A DNA stretch of 64,000 nucleotides. Source: Chrysomallon squamiferum (lineage: Eukaryota > Animalia > Mollusca). Of this stretch, positions 1-29,795 are shown piece by piece. Both the position numbers and the translations under genes were made by a program. The first letter of the stretch is position 1. The number at the start of each line of letters is the position of its first letter. The notes under the pieces are model-generated. The model had not been told where the DNA came from. It did no database searches and saw only the letters and a program-made list of their open reading frames with translations. Where the stretch lies: contig CM022676.1 in the NCBI GenBank assembly GCA_012295275.1, positions 4,154,001 to 4,218,000 of the forward strand, given 5' to 3'.

Positions 1-463
1 GTGTGTGTGCATGTACATCTGTAATGTACGTATGTCTGTGTGTACCGATGTACGTATTAATTAATATATAATTGTAAGGATGGATCATTTGTCATTTAAA
101 ACAATTTTAACATAAAATAACTATTTGTTAATTACATATGAATTATAAATGGAATTAATATTTTGAATGTTTCTATTTTAAGTCTATCTCATCAAATCGA
201 AAACATAAAAGTTAAAAATTCTATTTCGTTAAGGTATTACATGTTATATATAAATCGAATTAATATTTAGAATCTATCTATCTTCTATCTATCTATATTT
301 CTATCTATCTATCTATATATCTATCTATCTATCTCGAAAATCTATCTATCTATCATGTAAAATCTATCTTGTTTCTTTTTCGTGTGAAAATGTCTGAATA
401 AACGTATGATTCAAACACATACTCGTTTTCTTCTTTATCATTTATTAACATCAGTTCACTTAC

Positions 464-7041
<6,578 letters not shown>

Positions 7042-7064
7042 CTGTGAAAAAAAAAAAAAAAAAA

Positions 7065-7118
<54 letters not shown>

Positions 7119-7313
7119 GAAATAAATACATCAGTGGTATTCGTTTGTTTCTATTTTATCAACATGATCGTCATCATCATAATCATCACCATCATTATCA
7201 ACATCGTGGTCTTCGTCATAACGATTATTATTTCTATAGCTGCTGATACTGTTGCCATTTCTGTTGTTCTTGTTGCTGTATTATTGTTATTAATATTATT
7301 ATTGTTATTATTA

Positions 7314-7513
7314 NNNNNNNNNNNNNNNNNNNNNNNNNNNNNNNNNNNNNNNNNNNNNNNNNNNNNNNNNNNNNNNNNNNNNNNNNNNNNNNNNNNNNNN
7401 NNNNNNNNNNNNNNNNNNNNNNNNNNNNNNNNNNNNNNNNNNNNNNNNNNNNNNNNNNNNNNNNNNNNNNNNNNNNNNNNNNNNNNNNNNNNNNNNNNNN
7501 NNNNNNNNNNNNN
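7314..7513. other. Assembly gap (200 N)
   Basis: Run of n. Its left flank is the Ig3-Ig4 intron, so A's Ig1-Ig3 may be unassembled here. Confidence 0.97.
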
Positions 7514-8624
7514 GTGTCACTGGCTCTGCATATTTATCAATAAACTAAATCCACTCGACTGAATCAGAAAAAATACACAATGCAATATGTCACACAGCGT
7601 TCAATTTTGAATAAAAAGTTTTTACTGCCGTTAATAAAAATATAGTTCCTGTCTTTTCTTGACTGCTTTCTCGATTTTACTGCTGTTAATGTAAAAGCAG
7701 TTTTCGACGCCTTCTTGTTGTACTTTACTCTGGTAACTTATGAGGTTTTGTTTCTTGTTTCATACACAACATGAACAAAAGTCTCATTGGCTCTGCTTAT
7801 TTATTAATAAACTAAATTCACTCGACTGAATCAGAAAAATACAAAATGCAACCTGAGATATAACATACAGAGTTGTATTTTGAAAAGTTAATTCTGCTTA
7901 GAATGTTTTTTCTTCTTCTTCGTTTTCTTTTTATTTGATTTGATTTGATTTGATTTTATTATTAGGTGGGTTTTTTCGGTTTTTTTCTTGATGTCCGAGT
8001 GTATTTATGTACGTTTATAGATATGTGTGAAGGTATTTTATCTTACGTTTATACAGATATATATATATAGACATGTAGTTAAATATATATGTATGTATGT
8101 ATATATCTGTATAGGTATATATGTATCTATGTGTATATGTGTGTGTTTACATACATATAAACATATATAAACAAACCTACAGGCACACAGACCCATATAT
8201 GTATATAATGTTTAAATATATATTTAGAGAGATATATATACGCATAAATATATATATATATGCAGATATGTGGTATATGTGTATGTGTGTATTTTCGGGT
8301 ATCAGTTTATGCTTGTATATGTGTGTGTGCGTGTGTGTGTAAGTAAGTGTGCGTCTGCATTTTTAATAATTAGAAATCTTTGCTGCAGAATTGTGGCGTA
8401 ATCTAGGCAACATCGATGTTTGTCAAGTTTTGTGTCTTACGTTGTGACATGACTTGGTCAGGTTTACTCTGGTATGTTGTCACTCTACCACTCTGTTCAA
8501 AACCAGTCATGGATGGAAAAAGACGAACAAAAAATGTAACCCAAAACACCTAATACTCTTTCTGTCAAGTCATTGAGTAGCATACTCTTTCTATTGTGTT
8601 CGGTTTATACTGGAATGTGTGTGT

Positions 8625-8667
<43 letters not shown>

Positions 8668-8977
8668 TGTCTGAGTGTTATTATTGTTGTTGTTTTGTTA
8701 TTATTATTATGCTTACTTTATTACATATTTTTATATTGTATTACATTATGTTACATTGCGTTACGTTATTCTGTGTAATGTACTGTCATATTACGATACA
8801 TTATGTTATCCTATCTTATGTTATGTTATGGTTTCATATTTTGATAAATATATTTCAAGACTTCATGTTGCACAGTTATTACCATTAGTCATCCACAAAT
8901 GACGTCGACTCCACATTTGGTAAATGAAACGAGACTAACTCAGATAGAGATAAATAATTTGAATATAAAATACATAC

Positions 8978-9026
8978 CTTGTACGTACAATACACACCCC
9001 AGTAACACGAATAACTTACAACTCAT
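8978..9026 (-). CDS. Signal-peptide (leader) exon MSCKLFVLLGCVLYVQ(G), not adjacent to an Ig1 exon
   Basis: ggaaATG...CAAG|gtatgt; homologous to D's leader with a 9-nt in-frame deletion. Confidence 0.65.
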
Positions 9027-9367
9027 TTCCAGTATTTTAGTTTTCACTGTCGTTAATGAAGATATATACTGTCTTAGCTACGTGTTTCTGTTTTAAATTC
9101 TTCCTTGTTTTCTTTCCTGTTGATGCGTCACCACGTTTGCTTTCGGTTTCGTAAGTAAAACACCCTTTATATTCTTTGTAAAATAGAATGTAGTAGACTG
9201 TAATCTGTAATAGACTGGATTCAATCGACTCACTTCTGCAGTCTACGAAAAGACAGTCTACACGAAACTGATTATACTTTGAGATTTTATATTATTATTA
9301 TTTAACGTTAGTGGTATTAGCATACATTTATGTAATAATGCAATGAATTACTGACAATGTTTTAGTT

Positions 9368-9661
9368 CAGGAATGGGCAAGCTTTTTTCAAGAAGCTGGC
9401 CACATGAGACATGACTCATCCTCAGTTGGGCTGATGTTACTAATTTAGGCGATATTGTGCTTTTACGTAGAGTTTATTTTAAGAAATTTTTCATTTTCAT
9501 TTCCTTCAGGAACTGTTATAATAAAAAAAATTGACCTATGTTTTATTATATTAGTAGATGGCAAAATAGACTCATGTTATGAAATTTGAACTTACGTTAT
9601 TTTCCGTGTGAAATTAGGCGGGCCACTCAGAAAGCGGCGCGGGCCGCAGTTTTTATGACTG
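9368..9661. mobile_element. hAT-like MITE
   Basis: Ends CAGGAATGGGCAAGCTTTTT...GGCCAC and GCGGGCCGCAGTTT...CTG resemble non-autonomous hAT termini; TSD imperfect. Confidence 0.5.
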
Positions 9662-10734
9662 GTTTAGACGAATTCGTACGAATGAGTGCACATACTGGCG
9701 TATATGTTTATGAAAAGTAGGAAGATATGGTTTATTTTGTTCGTTTTTTTTTAAATTATTTTTGTATTTATTTATTTTATTATTACTAATTTTTTTATTT
9801 TGTTTTCTTCTTTTTTTTTTCTTTTTTTTTTTTCGTTTTTTTTTTATTAAAACACACGCAATAACGCCTACATTTGTTTGTTCAGATAAAATAACTGATT
9901 ATACCACCACCCTCTGTAAACATCACTGCATCCGTTTCTCACACGAGATTTGCAGGTGTAATTCATGACGATATGAAACAGAACCATGTGAAAGATTACT
10001 TACACCGATAAATCTGTTTGTCAAACCATAGTAAATGCATTCGTCACATAGCAAACTGAAAAAGCGTAGAATCTGTCGTGTATTCTTCACTCTTAAAGGA
10101 GAGAAAATGTTTGTTTATGAAAAGAAAATCTAAAGAAATATGTTGCGTAAACTCAGAATATTTTGTTTCTCGATAACATGTGAACCTTACCTGGGCCTCT
10201 TTCAAACTTAATATCTGAAGTCGATATTCTCAAAAGGTTTTTTTTTTTTTTTTTTTTTCGTACAAATGATCCTGATGTGCAGACAACTGAAAACAATTTT
10301 AGATTATAATAAATACTGATGTGCTTAACTCAGATATGTGGAGAAGCGAGCATACAAAATCTAAATAAAACAATATTAATAGTAATAGATTTTGTTCTCA
10401 GGAAAACGATTCGAATAATCTTAATAAGAAAACAATTAATAATTTATTTTCTCTTTTTCTTTTCTTTGTTTATTTCTTTATTATTAATTTTATTACTATT
10501 ACTACTACTACTACTATTATTCTTATTATTATTCTTAATCTTATTCTTATTCTTATTATTCTTATTATTTTGTTCTCCTGATTATCTCTATATTGCGTGT
10601 ATGTCTCTTTAAATAAATTTAAAAAAATAAAAAGACATAAAACCATTAAAGTACTGGGAGCACAAATCAAATGGTTAGATTGGGAATTAGCTGAAAGAAA
10701 TTAGCAACGGAGAGATAATAAGAAAAAAAATAGC

Positions 10735-10779
<45 letters not shown>

Positions 10780-11190
10780 GAAGAAGAGAAAGAACATGTT
10801 GGATATACTAAAATGTTTCTTTCTTTCTTCTTTTCTTTTTACAGAATCACTGTAAACAGTCGAATACACAACAAACAATACACTGACAAATTACGTCATC
10901 TCCGATCATGCGTAAAACCTACTTTTTCTACTATGTCGACCGTCTTGAAATATTAACCAGCAAACAATAATTTCCACCTTCAAAAGTTGAATGCATTTTA
11001 ATCTATGCCGTTCAGCTAATTGATATATATATAACAATTTATAAGAAATCCGATAAATAGATTATATCTATAAGTCATGATTCTTTTTTTTTTCTTTTTT
11101 TATTATTGATATCCGAGTGTATTTTACCTTACAAGTGTATGTATTTCCATATTTGCATTTATACAGATATATATATAGACATGTAGTTAA

Positions 11191-11227
<37 letters not shown>

Positions 11228-11762
11228 CATATATATATATATATATGTATGTATGTATATATCTCTATATGTATATATGTATGTATGTGTGTATATGTGT
11301 GTGTTTACATACATATATATGTGTATATATATATAAACAAACATACACGCACACACACACACATATATATACACGCATATAAATATATATATATATATGC
11401 ATATATGCAGGATGGTGGTATATGTGTATGTATGTATGTTCGGGTATCAATGTATGTTTGTATATGTCTGTGTGTCCGTGCGTACGTGTAAGTAAGTATG
11501 CGTGTGCATTTTTAATAATTAGAAATCTTTGCTGCAGAATTGTCGCGTGACTACGTAACATGGATGTTTGCCAAGGTTTGTTTCTTACTTTATGACAAGA
11601 CTTTGTCAGTCTTATTTTGGTATGTTGTGACTCTACCTGTCAGTTCGAAACCAGTCATGGATGGAAAAGGACGAACAAACAATGTAACCCAAAACACCTA
11701 ATACTCTTTCTGTCAAGTCATTGAGTAGCATACTCTTTCTGTTGTGTTCGGTTTATACTGGA

Positions 11763-11813
<51 letters not shown>

Positions 11814-12160
11814 GGGTGTGTGAGTGTGAGTGTGTGTGTGTGTGAGTGTGTGTGTGTGTGTTATTACTGTTTGTGTTTTGTTATTATTATTATGCTTACT
11901 TTATTACATATTTTTATATTGTATTACATTATGTTACGTTGCGTAACGTTATTCTGTGTAGTGTACTGTCATGTTACGATACATTATGTTATCCTATCTT
12001 ATGTTATGTTATTGTTTCATATTTTGATAAATATATTTCAAGACTTCATGTTGCACAGTTATTACCATTAGTCATCCACAAATGACGTCGACTCCACATT
12101 TGGTAAATGAAACGAGACTAACTCAGATAGAGATAAATAATTTGAATATAAAACACATAC

Positions 12161-12209
12161 CTTGTACGTACAATACACACCCCAGTAACACGAATAACTT
12201 AGAATTCAT
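12161..12209 (-). CDS. Second leader exon MNSKLFVLLGCVLYVQ(G)
   Basis: Duplicate of 8978-9026 with intact ATG and gtatgt donor. Confidence 0.6.
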
Positions 12210-12526
12210 TTCCAGTATTTTAGTTTTCACTGTCGTTAATGAAAATATATACTGTCTTAGCTATGTTTTTCTGTTTTAAATTCTTCCTTGTTTTCTTTCC
12301 TGTTGATGAGTCACCACGTTTATTTTCTGTTTCGTAAGTAAAACACCCTTTATAGACTGTAATCTGTAATAGATTGGATTCAATCGACTGACTTCTGCAG
12401 TCTACGAAAAGACAGTCTACACGAAACTGATTATAATTTGAGATTTTATATTATTATTATTTAACGTTAGTGGTATTAGCATACATTTATGTAATAATGC
12501 TATGACTTACTGACAATGTTTTAGTT

Positions 12527-12823
12527 CAGGAATGGGCAAGCTTTTTTCAAGAAGCGGGCCACATGAGACAAGGCTCATCCTCAGTTGGGCTGCTGTTACT
12601 AATTTAGGCCATTTTGTGTTTTTACGTAGAGTTAATTTAAGACATTTTTCATTTTCATTTACTTCAGGAACTGTTATAATAATATAAAAAAGTGACACGT
12701 GTTTTAGTATATTAGTAGATGGCAAAATAAACTCATGTTATAAAATTTGAACTTAGGTTATTTTCCTTGTGAAATTAGACGGGCCACTCAGAAAGCCACG
12801 CAGGCCGCAGTTTTTTATGACTA
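12527..12823. mobile_element. hAT-like MITE (duplicated copy)
   Basis: Paralog of 9368-9661 inside the segmental duplication. Confidence 0.5.
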
Positions 12824-13077
12824 GTTTAGACGAATTCGTACGAACGAGTGCGTATATTGGCGTATATGTTTATGATACAAGGAAAAGTAGGAAGATACGG
12901 TTTATTTTGTGTGATGTTGTGACTGTACACTCTATTTAAAGCCAGCCATGGATGAATGAAAACGCACAAAACATATAACCTAAAACACAAATACTCTTTC
13001 TGTCAAGTTATTGAGTAGCATACTATTTCTATTTTGTTCGGTTCATACTGGAACATGTCTATCTGTGTGTGTTTGTG

Positions 13078-13125
<48 letters not shown>

Positions 13126-13334
13126 GAGTGTGTGTGAGTGTGTTTTATTGTTGTTGTTTTGTTATTATTATTATGCTTGCTTCCTTACATATTTTAATAT
13201 CGTATTTCATTATGTTACTTTGCGTTACGTTACGTTGTGTAGTGAACTGTTATGTTATGATATATTATGTTATCCTGTGTTATCTTATGTTATGTTATTG
13301 TTGGATGGATTATTGGTGGATGTAAAATATGTAA

Positions 13335-13392
13335 CTTGTAAGCACAGTTAACATCCCAGTAACATGAATACGCAGAACAACGTATAACTTAT
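13335..13392 (-). pseudogene. Degenerate leader exon
   Basis: 58 nt like D's leader, but ATG>ATA, internal TAA and donor lost. Confidence 0.65.
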
Positions 13393-13666
13393 TTCCAGTA
13401 TTTTAGTTTTGACTCTCGTTAATAAAAAAAAATATATAGTTTTAAAATATTAGTATCTTTCTTTACTACTTTCCTGTCTTCTCTGCTATTAATAAATATA
13501 TATATATTTTGTTTTTGTTTCTTCTTTGCCAAGTTTGAAAGATTTACTGTCACTACCCGCTTGTATGAACACCCATACAATTGTTATTCATTGAAGTATC
13601 ACGATGAAAAAGCAGTTCATTTCAAGACTGTTCACCTGGTAGGCCCAGTGACGACATTTTTTAACA

Positions 13667-13717
<51 letters not shown>

Positions 13718-14211
13718 TAAAACACACACACAGACAGATATACAGATTACAAGCATAACAAAACGCCAAAGAACGCCTAGTTCTGTTTGTACAGATATAA
13801 TAACCAAACTAGCAACACCCCCTATTATGATCACTGGATCCGTCTCTCGGACGACTTTGTCAAGTGTAATTCAACACGATAGGAAAGCAGCTGCATAAGA
13901 AAGACTATTTACACCGATAAAACTTTTTGTCTCTTACGATCGCATTTGCACCCGTGACAGAACAAAGTGAAACAGTGTAGAAACTGTCGCGTATTCTTCT
14001 GTGTTCCGACAAAGGACAAAAGTTGTTAGATTTTTTTTTATTGATTTATTTGGTTTTATTTATTATTTATTGATTTTATTTTTTATTTTTTAATGAAAAG
14101 AAGCTTTGAATGAAATATGCAGAGTTAACTTCTTGTGACTTGTCAGTTATTTTATGTCAGGTGTGATCCTGGTTGCTTTTCAAGTGTTTGTGTATAGGGG
14201 GAGAAAGATAA

Positions 14212-14327
<116 letters not shown>

Positions 14328-15085
14328 TGTTAATGTACATGTCTATACATGCTTATGTTATTGCGTTTTTGTCTGTACGTACGTTCGTATGTATGTACAT
14401 CTGTATGTGTGTGTACATTTATATGTATATACTAATTTTGTTAAGCATATGTATGTATGTATGTATGTATCAGTGTATCAATGTATAGATGTATGGACAA
14501 TGTATCTGTGTATGTATACGTATGTATATACACGTATACATACATTTAGCAGTTATGTAACTTCCCTTTGTTATGTCCCTTGTCTATTTCCTGTTCTAAC
14601 TGTTTGCTCACAAATTCCTTTAACCTATTTTCTATCATTTCAATCATTGTTACACAAGCAACAATAAACAATCGTTGTTTTTTGTTTCTTTTAATGGTTC
14701 CTCTTCCTGATATACTTTTAAGTCTGGATAACATGTAAAATCAACTATTTACATCTGCTAGTACAGTTCTAGAAGTTTGAAAAGAGGGTAAAGAAAGAAA
14801 AAACAATTAAACTCTTCAGGACAACAGAGATAAGTTTCCTAATTTATTGAAAGCCAATTTTAGTAATACATCTGTGTTCAGAGATGTTAAAGTGATTACA
14901 TCAGTTAATTTGTAGTTTTCTCTACCCCAATTCTTCAGTTCCTTTTCTTTGTTATAAATGAACTGTGCAAAAAATACTGAAGACGTACAACAGTAATTCT
15001 ACATCACAATGTCAGCCACAAGTCGATTTCTTATAACAGAGAAACACACGTTTGAAGGGTGCAAGTGAAAATATTGTGTGTGGAT

Positions 15086-15116
<31 letters not shown>

Positions 15117-16167
15117 TTCCGGTCAACAATGTAGCTATGCAGTATATCATGTATCATCCATTTTTGAAGATTATGATTTATTTTTGATTTTATATTTTTT
15201 TGATGCCGCTGTTTACAGTACACTGTAGCTGAAATTTTATTATTTAAATCATCAAGAGAATTTTTTGTTGGCAAAACACATTGTGTTTCAAAGCGGTGGT
15301 TACTGAGAAATAATAGAAATGTCATGACGTCAGAACCTTCCTGGCAATATTCCTCTTGTCATCTGGCTATATTGCTTTGCCGTGTCATCCGTTGTCCTGG
15401 AAACGAAGTATCAACAAATGGAATTCCACAGGTTGAACAGTTCTTGACTTGAATTCCCATGTGTTCGTACATTTTAAATACTATTCAAGCGGTTGATATG
15501 AAAAACCAGTTCGTGCGCACTCCTCAAACATTTACAGAAATCGTCATAAAATCATCATACAGAATTAAATCCCCACTCAATGTAGACTGAGTGTAGAAAG
15601 ATGAAGAACTCAAAAGTATCACCAAAAATGATACGGGTTACCAGACACTAGAGCGGGTACTCTTGTTAGTAAAGAAAACTGTAAATATAGTTTTATTCTG
15701 TCATTGTCAGCCAGAAATTTCATTTTTCATGTCACCGTTATACAGAAATATTTTTATAAAAATTAAATAAAATAAAAATAGAAAATTTGAGACATTGACC
15801 AAAGTTTCATTTCTTGGATATCATCGCGGGAAGCCATTACTGAGATTGATAAAACTTTACTTTTTTATTTTTTTATGTGTATCTATTTAATACGTTAATT
15901 TTACATGATAGTTATCAAGAGATTTTAACATAGTTACATTCACAATTCACACAATGTTAATTAAACTCATTAAAATGTTCATAACTTTTCTCACAGGTAG
16001 GTCTTTACACGGTTCAAATCTGGCGTCACTGTTGAAACTGAAGTCTCCCTATTTAAATAAAAATATTTAACAAATTAATATTCTTCAAGTTTTCGTGAAA
16101 GTGCCTTAAAAAGTGAATGATTGACAAACAGAACTTGTTTCCTTGTTTATCATTCATGAACAGGATC

Positions 16168-19877
<3,710 letters not shown>

Positions 19878-21477
19878 TGTATGTATACTATACCTATCTT
19901 GTGTATACGTAAATATATATATATATATATATATATACACACTCACTCACAAACACACAAACGTCAAGTAGTTACGTAACTTCCCTTAATTATGTCCCTT
20001 GTCTGTTTTCCTGTTCTAACTACTTGCCCACAATACGTTTAACCCATGTTCTGTCATTTCGTTAGACGTGTGTTCTTACATATCTAATTATCTGTTCAGA
20101 GACAGTGACTGGGTAGACAGATGGATGGATGTGTGCATACAGTGTAGTAAAAAAAGAAAGAACAATCAGACAGAGTAACAGATAAATAGAGAATAACAGA
20201 AAAGAAAAGAGAGGTGTGTAAAATCAGAATGGTTCAAGTACAAAGATCGATGGAGAAAGCTTGTTATAAAGAAAGACACAGAAACAGACGAACACATTTG
20301 AAAGACAAAGAGAAACATTCCTTTACTTATTGTGTACGCAGGGAAAGAATAAAATATAGCAGAGAACTGGAAAATGTATTTATTATGACAACGAAAATAA
20401 TCTTTGTAATCACGAACACAGAAAGAATCCTGCTAATATAAAGAAAGATAATATAATAAGCAGAGAAATAGTACACACTAGTTTAGTAATTACATCAGTT
20501 CCCTTCATAATGTCCCTTGTCCTGTTTCCCGTTCTACCAGCTTGTGCACAGTTCCTTTAACCCATTTTCTATCATTTCGGTCTGTGTTACATAAGCAACA
20601 ATTCCCAGTAAAATCTAACAGTACAGAGAAAGACACATAACACGAAACATGCACACGCAGAAACATTGTTCAAAAAAACATAAGCATTTTAAATCCAATC
20701 CAAGCCGTTTATTTCAAAAATAAAAAATAAAAATAAAATTTAAAAAAATATATAAAAATAAAATAAAAAGATTCGTAAGCCCGAACCCTCGTCAAATTTT
20801 TACAAAATCATCAGATAGAATTATGCTTCACTCAATGTAGATAGAGAATAAAAATATGAAAAACTCATAACTATCACCAAGAAAAGGTACAGCTTTGATA
20901 GATATGGTTTACGAACCCATGCTAAGGAAACTCTTCTTAGTATAAAACAAATATATATATACAGATTAATCCTGCCATTGTCAGCCAGAAATTTCATTTC
21001 TCATGTTACTGTAATACAAGAAAATAAAGACTTTCACGACGTCAAGAATCTTACATCTCAGGAAATATAAAAAATTAAAAGATGAAAGATGTCCGAATGA
21101 GACCAGTGTTACTGAGATTGATGTAATGTTTCTTTTTGTAAATGTATACGTGGGTAAATATTTTAATTTTACGTCATAAATCTCCCGAAGTTTTCACATA
21201 GTTAGAGTCATATCTGAGACAATGGTAATGAATGATTAAAAATTCGCGATCAGCAACTCACTAAAATATTTCTAACTTTCCTCACAGGTAGCTATTTACA
21301 CAGCTCAAATCTGGTGTCACTGTAGAAACTGAAGTCTGTATTTTAATAAAAAAAACTTAAAGAACAAACAAACATTTAACAAATTAATATTCTTGAAATT
21401 TTCGTGAACGTGTCTTTAAGAGGTGAATGATTGACAAACAGTTCTTGTTTCCTTGTTTATCACTCATGAACAGGATC

Positions 21478-25215
<3,738 letters not shown>

Positions 25216-26642
25216 TGTATCTATACTATACCTATGTTTGTGTATACGTATATATATATATATATATATACACACTCACTCCCAAACACACATACGTCTA
25301 GTAGTTACGTAACTTCCCTTAATTATGTCCCTTGTCTGTTTTCCTGTTCTAACTGCTTGCCCACAATAAGTTTAACGCATGTTCTGTCATTTCGTTAGAC
25401 GTACGTTCTTATATACGTAATTATATATTCAGTGATTGGGTAGACAGATGGATGAATGTGTGGATACAGTGAAGTAAAGAAAGAAAAAACAATCAGACAG
25501 AGTAACAGATAAATAGAGAATGACAGAAAAGAAAAGAGAGGTGTGTAAAACCAGAACGGTTGAATTTCAAACATCGATGGAGAAAGCTTGTTATAAACAC
25601 AGACACACAAAGAGACGAACACATTTGAAAGACAAAGAGAAACATTACTTTCTTAATGTGTACGAAGGGAAAGAATAAAATATAGCAGAGAACTGGAAAA
25701 TGTATTTATTATGTCAACGAAAAAGCCTTTGAAATCACAAACACAGAAACAAACCTGCTAATATGATAAAGAAAGATAACATAATGAGCAGAAAAATAAT
25801 ACACACTAGTTGAGTAGTTATATTAGTTCCCTTCATTACGTCCCTTGTCCTGTTTCCCGTTCTAACTGCTTGTTCACAATTCCTTTAACCCATTTTCTGT
25901 CATTTCGGTCTTTGTTACATAAGCAACAATTCCCAATAACATCTAACAGTACAGAGACATTTAGCAGGAAACATGCACATACTGAAACATTGTTTGAAAA
26001 AAACAAAAGCATTTTAAATCCAATCAAACAAATAATAAAAATCAAACAAAATCGATTGGTACGCCCGAACACTCGTCCAAATTTTACAAAATCATCATGT
26101 AGAATTATGCTTCACTCAGTGAAAATGGAGTATAAAAATATGAAAAACTCAGAAATTTCACCAAAAAAGAGAACAGCTTAGATACATATAGTTTACGAAG
26201 CCGTCGAAAGGAAACTCTTGTTAGTATAAAACATTAAAAGATGAAAAATGTGCGAATGAGACCAATGTTACTGAGACTGATCAAATGCTTCTTTTAATTA
26301 ATGTATACGTGTATAAATATTTAAATTTTACGTCATAAATCTCCCGAAGTTTTCACATAGTTAGAGTCAAATCTCAGACAATGGTAATGAATGGTTAAAA
26401 ATTCGCGATTAGCAACTCACTAAAATATTTCTAACATTTCTCACAGGTAGCTATTTACACAGTTCAAATCTGGTCTCATTGTACAAACTGAAGTCCTTAT
26501 CTTTTGATAAAAAAAAAACTTTTAACAAATTAATATTCTGTAAGTTTTCATAAAACAGTTTTAAGAAGTACATGATTAACAAATGGAACTTGTTTTCTTC
26601 TTTAACATTCATGACAACAGTTTCGTTTATTTTCAAACTTTA

Positions 26643-27940
26643 TCACATCTCTGTATCTTGTTGTACAGCCGCTGGCGCAGTCTGATTATCTGAAACATGC
26701 AATGAAATTATGTTTTGTTTTATTTAAAAATGTTTCATAAAATAACTATTTAGTTAAGGTGTATATGAAACATAAATGAAATTAGTATTTAGAATGTTTC
26801 TAATTTAAGGCTAACTCATCAAATCGAAAATCGAAACATTCCGAAATTTCCGAAACATTTAGGATAAGGAATTGTCTATTTATATATATATATACAATTC
26901 ATCAACGGAAAACAAATACCTATATCTATCTATCTATCTATCTATATAATTATCTATCTATCTATATATCTCTCTATATATCTATATATATGTATGAAAT
27001 GTTGCCATTTCTTGCACATCATATCCGTAAGAGAACCTTGATTTTTTCGGGGTTGTTTTTGTGAAAGTCTCTGAATAAGTGTATAATTAATAAACTATAC
27101 CCGTGTTCTTCTTTATCATATATTAACATCAGTTCACTTACCATCAAGCATTAAGACGTCATATTCGGACTCATATCGTCTTTCCTCTAGAGTATGAATT
27201 CTCTGTATCTTGAAGTTCTGTTGCTGGTGCAGTCTGATTATCTGAAACATGTAATTAAATTATGTTTTGTTTTATTTAAAAATTAAGATCTGCGAAGAAA
27301 ACAATAATCGTCCTAATCCGTTAATATATACATACATATATATATGTATAAACACACACACATACACATATATATATATACAGATACATAGATCGATCTT
27401 AGACAAGCATGTGTCTGTGTATACTATATTTTACAGCTATTTCCGTCTCATTTACAAAGTGTCCATCCTCAAATTCTAGAACAAATTTAACATTTCATAC
27501 AAAGACACTTCTAGACAACAGATTTTTCAATTAATATAAAACTATTTCGAACACATTTAGATTAACACATCAATTATCTTTTGTTTTATTTAAAAATTGT
27601 GATGTGCGGAGAAAACAATAATCGTCCTAACGTGTGCGTGTGTGTGTGTGTGTGTGTATATCTATATATAAATACACAAACACATAGATACATACATACA
27701 TACATACACACATAGATCAACACATATACACCGATCTAAGAGTGTGCATGTTTCTGTGTAAATTATATTTTGCAGCTATTTCAGAATCATTTACAAACTG
27801 TCTCTCTTAAAAATCTAGAACAATTTTAATATTTCAAAGACATTTCTAGACAAACACATTTATAAATCTATTTAAAACTATTACGAACATATTTAGAATC
27901 TATTCTTTCTCTAAATCTATCTATATATATATATATATCA

Positions 27941-27972
<32 letters not shown>

Positions 27973-28080
27973 CTGTGTTTATGGGGATTTCTTTTCGTGA
28001 AAGTGTCTGAATAAGCGTATGAGTAAAACACTATACTCGTTTTCTTCTTTAGCATTATTAATATCAGTTCACTTACCACC
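26643..28080 (-). pseudogene. Copy H: orphan cytoplasmic tail (subfamily I)
   Basis: Terminal exon 26689-26643 (DNQTAPAAVQQDTEM*); ITAM exon 27241-27142 with a 5-nt deletion/frameshift; only the donor end of the 92-nt exon remains at ~28071-28080 before a rearrangement junction. Confidence 0.78.
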
Positions 28081-29478
28081 TCTGATTCAGTCGAGTGGAT
28101 TTAGTTATATGCATGTAGCTAAACCATATCTATTCAAGGTGTCCCCTTTTTTGTGATACTTGTGAGTTATTCATATGTTTATTCTCTGTTTACATTGAGT
28201 GAAGCATAATTCTATGTGATGATTTTGGAAAAATTGGACGAGGGTTCGGGCGTACGAATCGATTTATGATTTTTTTTTATATATGTTGTAATAAACGGCT
28301 TTTTTTTGTTTTATTATTTTTTTTTAAACATTGTTTCTGCGTCTGCATGATTTCTGTTAAATGTCTTTCTCAGTACTGTTAGATTTTATTGGTAATTGTT
28401 GCTTATGTAAGAAAGTCCAAAATGAGAGAAAATGGGTTAAAGGTATTGTGATCAAGCAGTTAGAATGGGAAATAGGACAAGGGACGTAATGAAGAGAACT
28501 GATGTACCAGTGTGTACTATTCCTCTGCTTATTATGTTATCTTTCTTTATAATATTAGCAGGTTTGTATCTGTGTTCGTGATCACAAAGAGTTTTTTCGT
28601 TGATATAATAAATACATTTTCCAGTTCTCTGCTATATTTTATTGTTTCCCTTCGTACCCAATAAGAAAGTAATGTTTCTCTTTGTCTTTTAAATGTGTTA
28701 GTCTGTTTGTGTGTCTTTGTTTATAACAAGCTTTCTCCATCGATTTTTGAAATTCAACCGTTCTGATTTTACACACCTCTCTTTTCTTTTCTGTTATTCT
28801 CTATTTATCTGTTACTCTGTCTGATTGTTCTTTCTTTCTTTACTTCCCTCTATCCACACATCCATCCATCTGTCTACCCAATCATTGTCTCTGAATATAT
28901 AAATATGTATATAAGAACCTACGTCTAAAGAAATGACAGATCATGAGCCAATCGTATTGTGGGCAACAATTCAGAACAGGAAAACAGACAAGGGACATAA
29001 TAAAGGGAAGTTACTTAACTTGTAAACGTACGTGTGTGTGTGTCTGTGTGTACAAATATATATATATATATATATGTATACACAGGTATGCACATACATA
29101 GGTATAGTATGCCTACCGAGAAACAGATATATATATATATATATATACACATGTACATATATGTACATATATGTACACACAAACACACACAAACACACAC
29201 ACAATAGAAAGAGTGTGCTACTCAATGACTTCACAGAAAGAGTGTCTTGTGCTTTAGGTTATATCGTTAGTTCGTCTTTTTTCATACATCACTGGTTTTA
29301 AACAGAGTGGTAGGGTCAGAACATACAACAATAACACTGACCACGTGATGTCATGACGTACGAAAGAAAACTTGGCAAAGATGTTGTATAGGTCACGCCA
29401 CAATTCAAAATGGCAGCCCTTTTTCTATGCAGCAAAGATTTCTGTTGACTAGAAATGCACACGCACACTTACTTACAT

Positions 29479-29523
<45 letters not shown>

Positions 29524-29751
29524 AAACTTTGATATCCGATCATATACGACCTACCTACATGTATATATATATATACATTTAAACATTATATATATATATA
29601 TATGTATGTTTGTTTGTATATGTTTTCATACACACATACATATATACATACATACATATATATATATACATACATACATACATACATATATATATATACA
29701 TACATACATACTTACATATATATATATATATATATATATACATACATATAA

Positions 29752-29795
<44 letters not shown>

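Larger units (their letters stand above)
7990..12910. repeat. ~1.75-kb segmental duplication (about 7990-9740 and 11110-12910) carrying a leader exon, its upstream region and a MITE
   Basis: Near-identical blocks, e.g. ORFs 8899..9096 and 12082..12279. Confidence 0.85.
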
